A stretch of 55,959 nucleotides of DNA, counting the filler, from Platydemus manokwari (Eukaryota), in the NCBI GenBank assembly GCA_037951405.1. It is 5 parts of 5 records of this genome, joined end to end, with 100 filler letters (N's around TTAATTAATTAA, not from the genome) between each part and the next. Parts side by side here need not be neighbours in the genome. Positions count along the whole stretch, not along the records: positions 12,985 to 23,550 come from JBBMOY011123664.1; positions 23,651 to 33,096 come from JBBMOY011248763.1; positions 33,197 to 46,207 come from JBBMOY011881388.1; 2 more parts are not named here. One strand, given 5' to 3'. Within the stretch, counting starts at the first letter, position 1. The number at the start of each line of letters is the position of its first letter. This document shows positions 21,961-37,320 of the stretch, in pieces. Position numbers and translations under genes: made by a program. The notes under the pieces were generated by a model, which searched no databases, had not been told where the DNA came from, and saw only the letters and a program-made list of their open reading frames with translations.

Positions 21961-23476
21961 AGATATTATAATCTATAATTGGTACGGTTTTCTGTTTTTT
22001 TCTAAAATTCATTTAAATATTTTTTGATTTATTAAAACAACTTAAAAAATAATTTAATTAATTATTCAGATTTATAATATTAATCAATAATATTATAGTA
22101 GGGATTTTTTATTAAGAAAAAATCCATTGAAACACAATGGTCTATTAAAACAGTGTAATTTATTGAAATATTTCAGTGCATCCATTGTTTTACTGAATAC
22201 TTCTGTTTCGATGTGTCTTAAAGATACTTTCAATCAAAATGTAATTAACGAATATTTTCTCTGCTCAATGATTTGTTTCAAGTCTAATATAAAGTTGAAG
22301 CCAGCAGCTGTAATATTTCTTTAAACACACACAAAATATATTATCCAATGAAATACGAGTCAATAATTCAAACAAGTTTTAATACAAAAATATTATAAAA
22401 AAAAATGGATTGATTAAAATAATACTGTTTCATGATTGGCATAAAAATCAATAAGAAGGAGATTGTTTATTATTTCGATTTCTCTTCCGTGTTTAAAAAA
22501 ACCCATTTCAATCAGCAAATACTTTCTTCAATTAGAAAAATTATTAAATCCAATTCTTCACATTCATTTGTTAATTTGTTGGCAGTTGTGTGCTATTTAT
22601 AATTAATCGATCTCGAATTATTCTTATAATTTCAAAAGTCTATTGTTTCCCGAATTATCAAAATAAAACTTAGTTCTAATAATTGAATGTACGATTTCCA
22701 TGGAGATCGTAAACCGTTGTCAGTTTATAAAGCACACATTGAAAACCAACTGAAAAGCCATAGCGCCAAATTCAATTTTAATTTTAATTATTTAAACAAA
22801 AATAATATTTTATAAAATTTGATGTTGATATTTGTCAAAATTCAATTCATTATAAATCCTCACAGAGATCAAGACCACATATATATATGGACCATTTATT
22901 GATTATACAGTGGCCATCTAGCAATTTTAAAGTAGAAAGTCCATTAACAAATGTCAAAAATATTTTTATTGGTTTTAATTAAATTTTTCTTTTGGAAAAT
23001 GAGAAGCAATTTCTTGTTTCAATTGTTGTGGAATTGAATTGAGACAATGAACCACATCAAATGAGAACAATGGGAATTGATTTGCTTATTGTATATAATC
23101 AATATTTCATTATTCCCCACAGCAAATTGAAACATTTATTCGTTTTAATCATACCACACATTGGATACATTGTGTTTTGAGAAATACAAATCATCAATTA
23201 TTTCCATTTTATATTGTTCCATATAATTGGCCCTTCTCCATAAACATAATTAATTAACATTGTTCATTAAATGCCTAATAGTTAAATGATCCCGACAAAA
23301 GATTAGTAATCAATTAATATAATTATCTCCGGTCAATTCATTTATTCATTAAAAATTCTCTAAATGGAAGCCAGCAAACAAATGAATTGATATATTAGAA
23401 TTTAAATGAGCTCAGATCTGGTCGGGTTGAAATATTCTTATTAAAAATATTTATTAAAATTTTAAATAATAATAAC

Positions 23477-23507
<31 letters not shown>

Positions 23508-24563
23508 GTAATAATGATAATAATATTAATAATATTATTATTCATTATGANNNNNNNNNNNNNNNNNNNNNNNNNNNNNNNNNNNNNNNNNNNNTTAATT
23601 AATTAANNNNNNNNNNNNNNNNNNNNNNNNNNNNNNNNNNNNNNNNNNNNTATATATATATATATATTGTTGGTACACATCACTTCCATTAATTTTGTAA
23701 ATATGACACATTAATTATTATTATTATTGATTTTATTTCAAAAGAAAAACAAAAATAAAAGATAGAGCATTCGGAAATTTTTATTCATAGTTGATATCAA
23801 TTGAAAATCTCAATATTAATAGGAATTGATATTTTTCTCAATTTTTTCTCAATGCATTCATGTAATCATGGAATTCTCATCTCTTAGAATTAAATAAATT
23901 GTAGCAAATTTCACCACCAATTTAAATGTTCCTAATGATATTCAGTGAATTTATTTTAATACATACTTTAAATTGACGTTAACAGCAATAAGTTAAATGT
24001 AAATTAAGAAGGAAAATATCTAAATTATTGATGAAATTTTCTGTTTTTCGTCTTTATTTTCTAGAAATAAAAACTTTTTGTATGTTATCATGCAACTCAG
24101 TGTTAAATGTTTCACGACTATTAAATTCATGGAAATTCAAAAAGTTTTTTCATTAAACAAAAATCAGAATTTATTTTCAGTGTAAATTACATCTGGCAAT
24201 AATTCATTGTTGAAACCTCACGGTAATTTGATATGATTTTAATAAAATTTAAAACAATGGCTTAAATATCGAAGCGATTGTAAATTATTAAAACGATCGT
24301 GAAATTTATTTTTTATGATTTAATTAATTCTAACGAATAAAATTGAATTGAATGAAAACAAGTTATTTAATTGATTGATATATCAGAGAAATGTGTTAGT
24401 TATTATATTTGCTTTAGGTTTCACTAACCATTTATAATTACTGCTATCAAAGAAATCAATCAGTGGAATTGAATTGGTTGAGTGCATACGCAAATTAGAT
24501 GCAATACTAATGGATTAAATATCAGTCGTTTCAATTCAGAATAATAACACCATTCTTAACATT

Positions 24564-27500
24564 ATGACGACGACATCGAATCAGATTAAAGTTTTAAATC
24601 AAAATTTCTACGACAATTTGATTAACAGTCGCAGTTTGATGATTGATAATGTTCTTGTGACTGAAGATATGGTCAACTTAATTGCAGAAAGAAAAGTCGT
24701 TAGTGGTGATAATCTTGCTAAATTACGAGTGAGTGCGTTTTTCATCAAATTGATTATTTTTATTACAACAATTAATTATAAAATGGACTATGGGACAATT
24801 CCCTCTACTGACAACCTGTTTAATGCGTCAGTGGTTCAATTAACAAATGGTCTTAATCTTTTCAATAACCATGATTTTCATTTTTTAAATTATACAATAA
24901 AAATGAATTACAAAAAGTGGTTGAATTTTTTATTCACTGATTATTGGATTAAATAATTAAGCTTATAAAAAATCATTTATAATTTCCTTCAAGTTCAAAG
25001 TAAAGTTCAAATTTTAAAATTTGTTTTAATTATTCAATATCTGTTTTACTTCAATCATAAAGAACCAAAATATTTATTATTACCAAATACGTTAATAATT
25101 TTTTCAAAACTACTTCATTGCTAAACATTTATTTCTGTAAAATTTTAAAAATTAAATTACGAATATCAACAGTTTTTATTTACAATCCATAATCATTATT
25201 AGAAAAAATATTTAAAACCAAAATTAATATACGAAAGTTGTTAGAAATAAATTATTCCACGCATAAGTGTAAGGATTTAATGTCGGTTAATATGATTTTG
25301 ATCATTAGTGTGTTAGGCGTTAAAATAAAGAGCAACATTTGAAAATTAATCCAAGCTCTAGTTTATTATTCCGAGAATAGAGTAACATTGAAAATACTTG
25401 TAAATATATTCACCGAATATAAATGGATGGGCGAATATTGTGACATGTCGGTACCCGCAAAGTTCTGTTAAAATAATCAGGGATTAAAGAACAAGTCTAA
25501 AGTATTGTTTAATAATCGAAAATTTTCTTTTTTAAAGTAGTAAGCTAATCTAAAATTACACTGAGAATTTCTTATGAAAAGTTCGAACTCTTTATAATTA
25601 TCAATATTTTACTAAACGTTGTTTTGAATAGATTAATTAAAATAATTATTAAACATACGTTTCAGTCTTAGACCTTAAATGGGATCATTGTATAATTTCT
25701 GGATATATGCAGTAATAATAATATAATGTATAAATTATTAAAACTTATTATAAATTATTAAAAAATACTCATTTTAATTACACTTTCACATTGTAATAAC
25801 ATCAAAAATTATAAATGAACTTAATTTTTAGATTAAAACCTATTAAACAACTATTAATATCAAACCAATTATAAAGCTATGTCATAATTTTATGATTTGT
25901 AAACAACAAAACAATAAAAGGAAGTTTAAATAGAACATAATAAATTTATTAACTACTTATCGTCTCAATAGAATGACTAAAGATTCAATATATATTTCAT
26001 TGTCAAACTTTGTGAGATAATGGATTGATACAAAACAATTCTTGTACAGGCAATAGTCTCGAACAGTCAAATGGACATTTCTATGAGCAATTAAGAACTT
26101 TAATATGTTAACTTTTTTGAATTTTCTGAATAAGAAGATTGGAAACGAGATCTTCGCAGAATGTGTGAGTCTCGATTTCTGAGGAGACATCGAAAAATTA
26201 CACTTTATTAATATTTATACTCACTGAAGTAGTTATTTGGTGTTCCTAAACTTTAAAATGTATTATATTTACTAAATGTCGTGATTTTCCATTCTTTCCA
26301 TCGCCTAAAACTCAAACACTAATAGTAAGTGAGCATCACCAAAGACGTTGTCAACATTAAGCGGATATTTTTCATTGTTCATCGAAAGAAAATTTTGAAA
26401 GATGAATTTTAAATGAGAAAACAGTTTAAATCAAATAGAAAATAGATTACTTGAATTTGTATTATATGCAAAACTTTAACAAAATGTTAGCAGCTAGCAT
26501 TACGAGCATATATTTGGACAAGATTCAGATAAGGTTAATATAAGAAAAGTAAAAAGGAGAAGATATTTAAGGATTTATTGTATAGTCTAGACGACATTTT
26601 GAGATCTCCAGATTTCGAAACAAACTGAATTATTTGGCCCGAACTTGATGAATGAATATAATGCAAATACTGATAATATAATGATATTCGAAGATAAAAC
26701 GCGGAAATGTAAACGCTTGCTTAAAATCTGTTAATACCATTCACAATACTGAAAGGAATCTAATTCATGGATTTTTTTCGGTCACAACAGATTTAACATT
26801 CCTTTCTAGTTTTTTCTCGAAGATGCAGATCTGATTAACTAAAGAAAAATGTGATACATAGGAAAATTATCTGAAATAAAATCTGTTCTAATAAAATTGG
26901 ATAAAATTCGAGAAAATGTCAGGAATATGACAAGGTCAGATAGTATGTAAAGAAATAACAAAATCAATTATTAAATGGGATAACATTTGAGTAGGGAATA
27001 TGCCGAAACCTACTCTAATTTCTTAAAATCTAGACATATTTTGAGGAATTACAATCTCTAAAAATGTTGATAGTCTTAATTTATTAAGAAAATCATTTAT
27101 ATATTATGATTTAAGAAAGCTAGAGAGTATTATGAGAATTACTAAAAATATATTTATAACCTAGCATTAATGTATCGATTGTAAAAATATTGAAACATAA
27201 AAAGGTAAACAACAAATGGTAAAAGTATAATGAAAGCATTACAACACATGTTAGGTAAAGGCATTATTTGGAAAATATACTAATATTTTCGAAAACAGAT
27301 GAAGATCATTGCTAAAGACTAGAGGAAGTACAATAAAGAATAAGAGAAGCTGAATTACGCTTAAACCCAGAAAAACCTAGCAATATTAAAACGGAAATAA
27401 TGAACATAAAGGAAATTCATGAACATACCAAAACGAATAAGGTATTCTAACAGATTCAAACAAAATCGAATCATCCAAACATCTTTAAAATCCAAAGTGT

Positions 27501-30500
27501 TTAAAGAATCTAATAAGCCTTTTAGGAATTTTTGTTTATCATCGAATCTTTATACAGGATTACTTAAAGATACCATGAGTTGAGAACAACTATGTGTAAC
27601 AAAGTACCTGGCAAGATGCTTAAAGATGGAAAAAGAATCTTGATAGAATCACCGATCTTTTCATTTCCCGACTAAATGAAGAAATGTTTGTCATATATCA
27701 ATGATAATTTGATTGTATATTGATTATAATGCAAGTTATAAAAACAATATTGAATCGCAACAAACGAATCACTAACGTTCGATTATTTTGTCAACATTTT
27801 AACCATTATTTATAAGATAAAATATATACTTGACGAACTTATCGAAAACCAATTACATTTATGCTGAAAACACCTAGATTTGGATTTTCTATAATTTTGT
27901 AACAATATCTCACCGGGTTCGTTATTTGCTTCTATTAAATTAAAAACTAAAACCAGCTCAAAATAAATATCTTAAGAAAGGCTTTTATTGACAAAGAAAC
28001 AAATATCACACAATACACACTGACTCATCTAAAAAAGACATTTATTATGTTTAACGGCTTAATCTTCATAAATTCCCAAAAATTTTAATTATCACCGTTA
28101 TTTAAATGGCTTTTTTTATTATCTTGAAATTTTTTTATTGCTCTTTTATTGCACTCTGAATTTATTATTTATCGCATTATTAAGTTCGTTAAGTTCCAAA
28201 TTTATTTATTAACTCCAACAGTTATAGATTTTATAATACACTCAGTAATAAGTAAACTTCCCCATACACTTTCTCAAACTTTATTATAAAGCTTCAGACG
28301 GTTTTTTAGAGGTTAACTTTTTATATCGATTTTTCTTCATAAAGAATCGTCATAATCACTGTTTGTCCTTAAAGACAATTAAAACCCCAAGATCATAAAG
28401 CATCATAATCACTATTAATCACAACATCTTTTTGAGTTGAGATTGGCCGATCAGCATTCAATGAATGTTCCCGTTTCGATTGACCAAAATAATAATAAGT
28501 GCATTGTTGTATATTGTGGCTCAAATAGAGATTTATGACCGTGTAAGGGTTATTTATTCATGTAAATTTCTCAACAACAATGACATTCCAAGATTCAGAG
28601 ATGGTTAAACTATCCATGTAATTTAAAAATAAGATATTTGGAAAATCGGCTGTGGATGTGCAAGTTTAATTTCAAGGAATTCATGTGACAAGCATTAACA
28701 ATGCCTGATAAAATATTCAGATCCAAATTATTGAAAAATGAACATAGGTAAACTTATATTAATTGTGGAAAACAAAGGTAAATAGTGTAAAATAAGAATT
28801 TAAAATGATAAGTAAATTGTACAGGTTGAACCTCGATGAGAAATTGCTCCTTACCTTAATTTGTACGAATCGATTATAAACATCTATATTAAAATATTGA
28901 AATGTATTGTAACAAATCTCCTAACGACGACCTCGGAATTGAAGAGTTTAACAATAAACTCAACACAAATAAATCGTATTTTGAATAGCAACAATGATAT
29001 TTGATTGTTTTCAAAAACAATGGTAATGAACTATTTCCGCTTGTATTTGGAGTTGATAAAATCAGTCAAAACTGGTTTACTGATACCGAAATTAAATGAT
29101 TTCTTAGATGGTCGTATTATATATTGCAATAATAATTGAATTATTTAATAAGATTTATTATAATTCATTAAAATAAAGATTATAATTTATAATCAATCGA
29201 TTGTTGCTGTTCAGAGTTGTCTAGTAACTATGGAATTCTATTTCAGAGTTCAACCAACAATACGGAAAAGATAGATTGTATTATTGAATCTTTGCAAATG
29301 AAAACCGCTAAATTTTTGAAGGAATTTTGTGATATTCTAGTTTTGCATGGTCATTCACTATTAGCTGATATGTTAAATGGAACTGGTAATTATAATATTA
29401 TTATTTATCTAAAACTACGATTATAGTTCTGAAAAATGATTTAATTGTATTATCATTATACTCGTTAACAAAAAACACTTAAAAATTCAGGCATTGTAAC
29501 CTTGTAATCTACAAAACAATAATATTGGAATTTTCTAATATTGAAAATCAATTCAACTATTTAGTGCTAATATAGTAGAAGGGAGATTTTCACCATTTGA
29601 GAACACAGTTTCAATTTTCGGAAAATCTGTTTTGAATTAGAATAATTCCATATTTTATCTTAATAAGAAAATTTTAATATGCTTACTGATCGAAAAGGAA
29701 AAGAAATTTTATTAAGAGAAAATATTGTGATAATTATTTTAACGGAAAACCGATCTTAAATACTGACCAATTCTATTTTCTAATTTCTATAATGTATAAT
29801 TGTCACGAAAATCAAATATTTCTCTGCTAAAAGTTTTAGCAGGAAATAATTCCCAATCTGTTACTTTCATACTTTTTACCTTGAGATATAAATCAACATA
29901 ATTATTAAATTTTTAAACCTTTTCCACAATTTTTTCACTTTTGTGATCAATAATACCTAATAAAACGAATATTACTATATTAGAGAAATCTGTTGATTTT
30001 TATTTATTGGTAACATTGATTTGAAAATATAATTTTTGAAAGTTTTTGATTTTGATCATCTTCAATACATCTATTAAGCTTTTACCTACATTAGTGTTCC
30101 TCAAAATGGTGCCGGTGAAAAGTTTTTTGAGAATCGCGAAAAATTTCAATTTTCGACACGGACTTGTATTAAGACAAAATATCGATCGAATTTTAAAGAT
30201 CTTGAATTAGTACTGCAATCAACCATCATCGAAATAGAACCAAGATTTGATGTTTTATGCCAGAATAGTTGTTATTATTAAATATATTTTAATTTTTTGG
30301 TGTTACAAAAATAAATTTTATTAAGAAATTACACTATTATCTTTATTTTAGTCCCTAGGAAGCACGAAAAAAATTGGACTCGTAAAGTGCGTCGCAACCC
30401 AAAAAGAATAAAGACCTACATGATTTAGTATTTTTTGGATAAATTGTAATACTGATGAATAAATACAATCCAAATTATTCTTTCAAATTTGACACCATAA

Positions 30501-32040
30501 CAACTCTAAAATAGGAAATTCAAATACTAATCAGATTTAAAAGAACATTAAAATATAAAGCTAAATATATCTTTCAAAGCTTCATTTTCCTTTAAAATGT
30601 TAATAACATTATTAAAATTTATTCTATTGTTTGTTTATGCTCGTTGTTTATCAAAAAATTAAAATGATTTTGAAAAAGTTTTTGAAAAACAATATAATTG
30701 ATATTTTTGTTATATTTCAATTATAATTTTATTTTTCTTATTATGAACAGAAATTTAAAGGATAACTAATTATCTTTTTTCAATATTTTGTCTGGAAATT
30801 ATTGATTATTTTATTTCGAGTGTTCAATTTATTAATTTTTTTATGAATTTTATTTTAAATTATTTTTTTTATTACTATTTAATTGTTTCAATACCAAACT
30901 AATGATGGTGAATAACAGTTTTATTGGCACAAACCATGGCACTTAGCCCTAACATAAACCACCAAAAAATATTTGTGTTTCATTTTCATCGTCTTCACTG
31001 ATAATAGGCCATGTTTGCTATTAAATTTATAATCACAAATTTGTGTGTGTTACCTGTGCTTAATTTCCATTCGATGTTCTGGTTTTCAGTATTCCAATTA
31101 CAATTAACTTTTACAACGACTTGTGTATACATCGTTATGTAGCCATGTATTCCCCAGATTGGAATAATCGTTCCGCGTAGCTTCTGATTGGTTGGTTATG
31201 GCTGATTTTTGATTGTGTAGATAATTATGCATGTAAGATATTGAAACATGTGTTCTGTGGCACTAATAGTCGTTATTTCCATGTGAATCTTCCATACTCA
31301 ACATGATTAATGCAAAAATTCAAAATCATATTATATAACCTAAGAATTCAGTCTTATCTCTGTATTTATGAATATCACAACTAATTTATTGCCTTCTTAG
31401 TTTAATTTCAAAACTATTAAATACATGCATCCCTTCTTGATAAATTAAATAATTAATTGATTCAATTGTAACGTATTAATAATTGTTAATATGTATTCAG
31501 TAACACTAGAGTCCGACATAGACTTGAATGACATTTGGGAAGAAATACCAAGTCTGAAAAAATCTCTTTTACAACGCGACAAGGATGAATTATTGAAATA
31601 CATCAATAACAAGGTATGTTTTCGATTTTTCTTCAGAATATTAAATGATTATATGGTCCGAGTTTTTTCAAACATTAATTTGACCAAATAAAGACTTGAA
31701 AACAATTTTATATTTAATATTAAAAAATGTTATTAATGAAAGCATTATTATAAAAATTATTATTCCCTGCATCGTAAATATTAATTCATTGATAATTTAT
31801 AATTGATTTATTATTGTATTAGTTTTAATATTACTTAAAATAGGATGATTAACTTGTATCGTATTAAAATATATGTTAATTATACAGATTAAAGAATCAA
31901 ATGTAAAGATTCTACTTCGTCAGCCTAAAGAAAATCAAAGAAAAGTTTCATTGGCAAGGTTAAATCAAGTTGAACAAGTTTGGAAATTTAGAAAAGAAAT
32001 TAAAGGAAAAGAAAAAGAACAAGATCAATTAAAAAGTCAA
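24564..32040 (+). CDS. CARD-domain plus coiled-coil protein; 3' end uncertain
   Basis: Phase-compatible GT-AG exons 24564-24728, 29247-29385, 31501-31613 and 31888-32040. Product: ..LINSRSLMIDNVLVTEDMVNLIAERKVVSGDNLAKLRSSTNNTEKIDCIIESLQMKTAKFLKEFCDILVLHGHSLLADML (CARD-like helix pattern), then a helical, charged segment ending RKEIKGKEKEQDQLKSQ. Confidence 0.7.
26900..27850 (+). mobile_element. Highly decayed Gypsy pol relic (RT/RNase H connection), in CARD gene intron 1
   Basis: Collinear remnants YDLRKL (~27106), IREAELRLNPEK (~27340), LGIFVYHRIFIQDY (~27522) and LIESPIFSFPD (~27640). Confidence 0.7.
30092..30420 (+). mobile_element. hAT (Charlie/Buster-like) deletion derivative
   Basis: Starts TAGTGTTCCTCAAAATGGTG. 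It contains IKTKYRSNFKDLELVLQSTIIEIEPRFDVLCQ (~30168-30263), matching the C-terminus of Charlie/ZBED5-type transposases. Confidence 0.6.
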
Positions 32041-35000
32041 GTAAATAAATGATGCTTCATAATAAAGATAATATAATTGCTTTTAAAATTTTAATTATAT
32101 TATTGTATATTGTCAAATATTTTGATAATTTTCTTAGAATATTTATTCTTTTATTGTTGCTCACTGATTTTCATTTAAAAACCAATCAATATTTATTATC
32201 TTATCGGGAATGTTAATTTACAATCTAATTATTTTTTTTCACTGTTTTTTGATATTGATTTTTACGTTTACTAAACTTCGTTGTAATTTGATTGATAATT
32301 CAGAGTGCTTTCACATTTGGATATTTGAAATCTTATCTAAAGTAAAGTCAAAATAATGTTAACAAATAAACTATCATAATACCAAAGTTTTGAATTTCCT
32401 GCATTTCCTGTATAACTTTTGTTCAAAAACTAGTACGCATTTAATAGAGCGGAAATATTTCTAAGAATTCATCGTGATTATTATTCACTCACATTTGATT
32501 TAAATTATTGAATTTCCTTTTAAATAAAAGTTTATTTATGATAGTGATAATACTTTTCATATTGTTCACAAAGATCATATATATAATTTTTTTATATCTT
32601 AACATCTTTTTATATAAACAAACGAGTTTTATGCTTGGATTTACAAACTTTGACCCAAAATGACTATGAATAAATATTTGTTTATATAGATTAAAATTAA
32701 TAAAACCATATTGGCATATAATTAAGCGTAAACTTTATCACAACCATTTCAACTTGACTACCAACTGAAGTATCATCTAATTTAGCCAGATTAAACAGGC
32801 ACGGCTTTAATTCTCCATCTTAAACAATTGATGTCAAAGTGAACATTGATAATTGATTCAATAAATAATATACTCAATTGTTTCATTGTTTAATTTCTGT
32901 GATGGTAATAGACAGGATTTGAAATTGTCAGTTTTTATCAATCTATTCCAATTTTAGAGTTATTTAAAACTAAATAATTTAAAAACTTAAAAATAAGAGA
33001 ATAAATGATATTAATAAATGATAGCTTCATCTTCAACCAAAAATAAATTGCGAAATAAGAAATTTAAATTTATTATCGCTTAGAAAATAAATTTATNNNN
33101 NNNNNNNNNNNNNNNNNNNNNNNNNNNNNNNNNNNNNNNNTTAATTAATTAANNNNNNNNNNNNNNNNNNNNNNNNNNNNNNNNNNNNNNNNNNNNCATA
33201 CTTGAAGTAAGTGAATATAAATTCAAAAACTGTATATTATTCAGTGATTAGTTTTTTTTAATTAAATGATGATTGGATTTCTAAAAGATGATTAATGATA
33301 TTATTACACGTCTCTTGATTGAATGATATGATTAAAATTATCGTCAAATTACAATTTTAAAAATGCGTATTTATCATAGATCTTAATTTTACCTAGTAGT
33401 CATTTCAATTATTCCCAGCATGGTTTTATTATTCAGCTGTTTATGTATACTGACTTCGTAAAGTGATTATTAAACCTGAAAAAATCTTAGGAATAAATAA
33501 TTTTTGCACTTCATTAAATTATAAAAATATTCATATTTTAAAATTAATTTATTTCTTTTAGATTGCTTTGAATAGATGATGGTCAATACGATGACAATAA
33601 TATAATAGATATTCCTAAATTATTATTTTCTCTGGCTCATTTAATTATTGGCATCCGGTTTCGAAGCAATCAAAAATAAGGTTCACTTCGACTCCCATAT
33701 TTACTATGTGTGGCAAATAATCTTCACCAATCTTCAATAATAAATTTTTATTATATTAATCTTAAAATAAATTTATAATATCCAAACAATAATCTCATGA
33801 TATCATAATAAATATAACAAAATTTAGATTTTTCTCGATTAATATATTATTTCATTAATTTATTTTGTGTGTTATTTAGAAGTAGTGACGTAAAGGTTAT
33901 TTACAATTAAATATACTAATCTTACAATATTGTATTCAACAGTTCTCAAAATTGGGTACCGTTTTAATGACCTTGAAAATTTTTACTCATTGTTTATTTC
34001 AAAACTATCATATAATATTGTGCCTATTAGATATAAATAAAAATATTGAGTAAAATAATGAAATATCCAAAGAACCAGGCGATTTTATAAAAACTATCGT
34101 GAAAATAAGACCCCATTTATCCACATAAAATCAGTATCTTCAGTAATAATCTATAGTGTCTGTACATAGCGAGCACCTTCGATATATTATCAACATTTTC
34201 AATGCGTAACAGGAGTCGGTAATACATTAATATATATTTTCAATGTTGATGATTTAATCTATCAAAGAATACTCGTAAGGAAAGTAACTTATTTGAAAAG
34301 CATTCATTGTCGTCAGACAAATGACTTCTAACGATTCGTTAATCATTGTGTTGTATTGATTGCTTATCATTTTGCCATATTATGCCATATCTTTTTTTAA
34401 ATTTTTACATTTATATTTTATTGAATATTTGGATTTATTTATTATAATATTCTATTAACAATAATTTTAATATTAGCACTAATAATCATCACAGTTTCTA
34501 AATCGTAACCGTCTATAAAATTTCTATAAATTTTGAGTTCTTTTAGTTATCTTATCTAAAGTGATATTATAAAACCCATCAGAGTATAACAATGATAATG
34601 AAAGAAAAGTTAGGTCAAATAAATAAATTGTTGAGATTTGATTTAGAGAAGGATTTTAAGACATCATACCACTAGCATAACATGTTCTGGTAATAAGGGA
34701 ATAACATAACCTGAGTAATGTAATTCATGGAACAAGCCGTAATAATGTTCCACAACGATGCTTAATATCCCCTATGATATGAAGTTGCACTATGACAATA
34801 GCAGTGTCTATAGTTTCCTTGGAAGTAAAATTATTTTGACTGATTAAACATAAAACTTACTACCTCGGTCTTTTAAAGCAAAAACTGTCAAGAGATTTTT
34901 ACTTACTAAAATTCAAGACTTTTGAAACACTCAAAATAAACTCGTGATATTTATTATGACTATTAAAAGTTAATTCTATCATTGATATTATGAATTTTCA

Positions 35001-36619
35001 CTTCTCTATGTGTATCCCTTTGAGTTGATTCTTGTAAACAATGCATTTAAGATATATTATTCAGTATTTACCTTAGACAGAGGTCTCTCTTGTTGGTGTC
35101 TAAAATGTATATAGAAAGTTACATTTATATAATTAAAAATATTGAATATACACAGAAAGTAAATTGAATTAATTAAAAAAGTCGCCAACATTTTAGTTAG
35201 AGAAACGAAAAGTTAAACAAAAAATAAATTTAATTTTCTAAGTAAACTGTCAAAATGATCGCATAAAGAAGTTGAAAAAAGTATGGAAATAAATTTAAGA
35301 AATTTAATAATAAAATTCCTTCAAATTTATATAAATTGTAAATCTAAAACTATTATCTTCAATTGCAGAAACTGGTCAATAGGGAAATATCAACTACATA
35401 GTGAGTCAAAGCATTTTTAATTTAGAACAAAACTTGAAAGCTTATTTGGGCCATTGAAATGACATATTTGGAATTAAAGAAGGTCAAGGTTAATCAAAAT
35501 TGGGCTCAATTAATATGGCCGAAGTATATTTGCATTATTTAAAAGCGCAATTTAATTAGATTATTTACATATTATATTTTAAATCCGTTCTCAAAGCAGT
35601 TCTCATTCTTTTTTATCAATTAACTGTTGGAAAGCCACTATTTTTAAATATTCAAAAATGTAATTATAATTACAAAGTTGTACTTTCAAATCAATTTGAC
35701 ACTATTTGCACTCTAACTTACACTCAAGAACAAATACAAATAACAACCATAAGAGATTGGTCATTAGAATAATCACCAAAATAATAAGGTAGTCAAAATT
35801 TTTGATGAAGAAAGACTGGAAGTAACTTCCCATATATACTTTTTTTAATTGCCATACTGTATGAGTTTACCAGTTGGCTTAATTATTTCCATTCACCGAA
35901 ACACTTACTAATTTGTTCGTAAGTCTGCCATTTAAATGTGACAGTTAAACATCAATCAATCTAGTAAAGAATTATAAGCAACTTATCGATTATTACAAAG
36001 AACAAAGAAATAGTTCTCAAAACATTAGATAAAAGAAGAAAAATAACAACTTAATAATAGTAAAAACCGTTCCAAATTGAACACCAATCGATGTTAAATA
36101 GGTAAAATTTTGTATATCTTAATAGATTTCCTTAGCTAGGTCTATGAACCAACTAGCTATAAATGGAATTCATAAAATATCTTTGTTGGAAACAATCTAA
36201 GTTCAATGAAAATCTGAAGTTTTATATCGATTCCAATGTATTAAAGCGAGGAAAAATAAAAAAATTTCATAATAAGGACAACATTAAATATCCAGAATGA
36301 AAAGACATTATAATGTTTACTGAATCGATTAAAGCTGATCATGATATTGAAATATTTCTAGCATTTAAATATAGTGCAAATGGAAACGTCCTTTCGATAG
36401 CTATTATCATTTTTCCAGAAATAAAGAATTTCCAGCATTTTAAAGACAAATATTCCGAACAAATCTGTGTGCTGAAGAGTGCAAAAATCAGAGTTTCACC
36501 TCCAAAATTACATTTTTATTTTGGGTTTCAAAGGAATCGAAGGTTTCACAATATTTATTTCTACTGCACCGTGATATTCAGCAAGTCTCTTGTCAATAAT
36601 TTTTTTTTTAAATATATTA

Positions 36620-36870
36620 AGTGTATTGTAAAAAACTATATGGTTTATTTATTTATATTCTTTAAAAACATTTTGAATTTTTTAATGTAAGTACTTTAAA
36701 ACAATTTTAGCTGTTTGAAATCAAATATTAAATACACTAGAGCTTCAAATACCACTAAAAATTGGTTTTTTATTAAAGGGATGAAAGTAGGTCGAATTGA
36801 ATATGATTTAAAATTATTGAGGACCCCTTTTTTAACATAAGAAGTGTTGGGGTTCCCGGAAAATGACAGT
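36620..36870 (+). repeat. Repeat family A copy
   Basis: AAAACATTTTGAATTTTTT...GTTTGAAATCAAATATTAAATACACTAGAGCTT is shared with the 5179, 46308 (-) and 53560 copies. Confidence 0.7.
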
Positions 36871-37050
36871 TTTATTGACAATTTTTGCCTGATTTGATTC
36901 GATGTATAGTACTAGTTAACTTTTTATCATTTTTATTGTGTACAAAATATTATCTTCAATGCGCATTTACAATTCTTTTTCCTTAAAAAGTATTATTTAA
37001 AGCAGAAATCCAAATAACCCTTAATTGAAAATAGTTTAATAATTTTGGTC

Positions 37051-37097
<47 letters not shown>

Positions 37098-37320
37098 GTT
37101 ACAATTGAATAATTAGACATTTTGATAAAATCTTTTTATCCTAGTTAAAATGTTGAAAAATTTTAATTTATGATAATAATTTAGTTTCATAAATTTTATT
37201 TAATCTAGGATAAATTTGGATTAATTGAATGGAACTAAGTTAATATTTATTTTCCACATAGCGACCAAAAAATATTAAATTTAAAACACCTATTTTCCCC
37301 AATAATCACCCACATTTTTA

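Noticed and set aside
36313-36690. 125-aa ORF
   Set aside because: No recognisable motif, AT-driven composition, and it runs into repeat family A.
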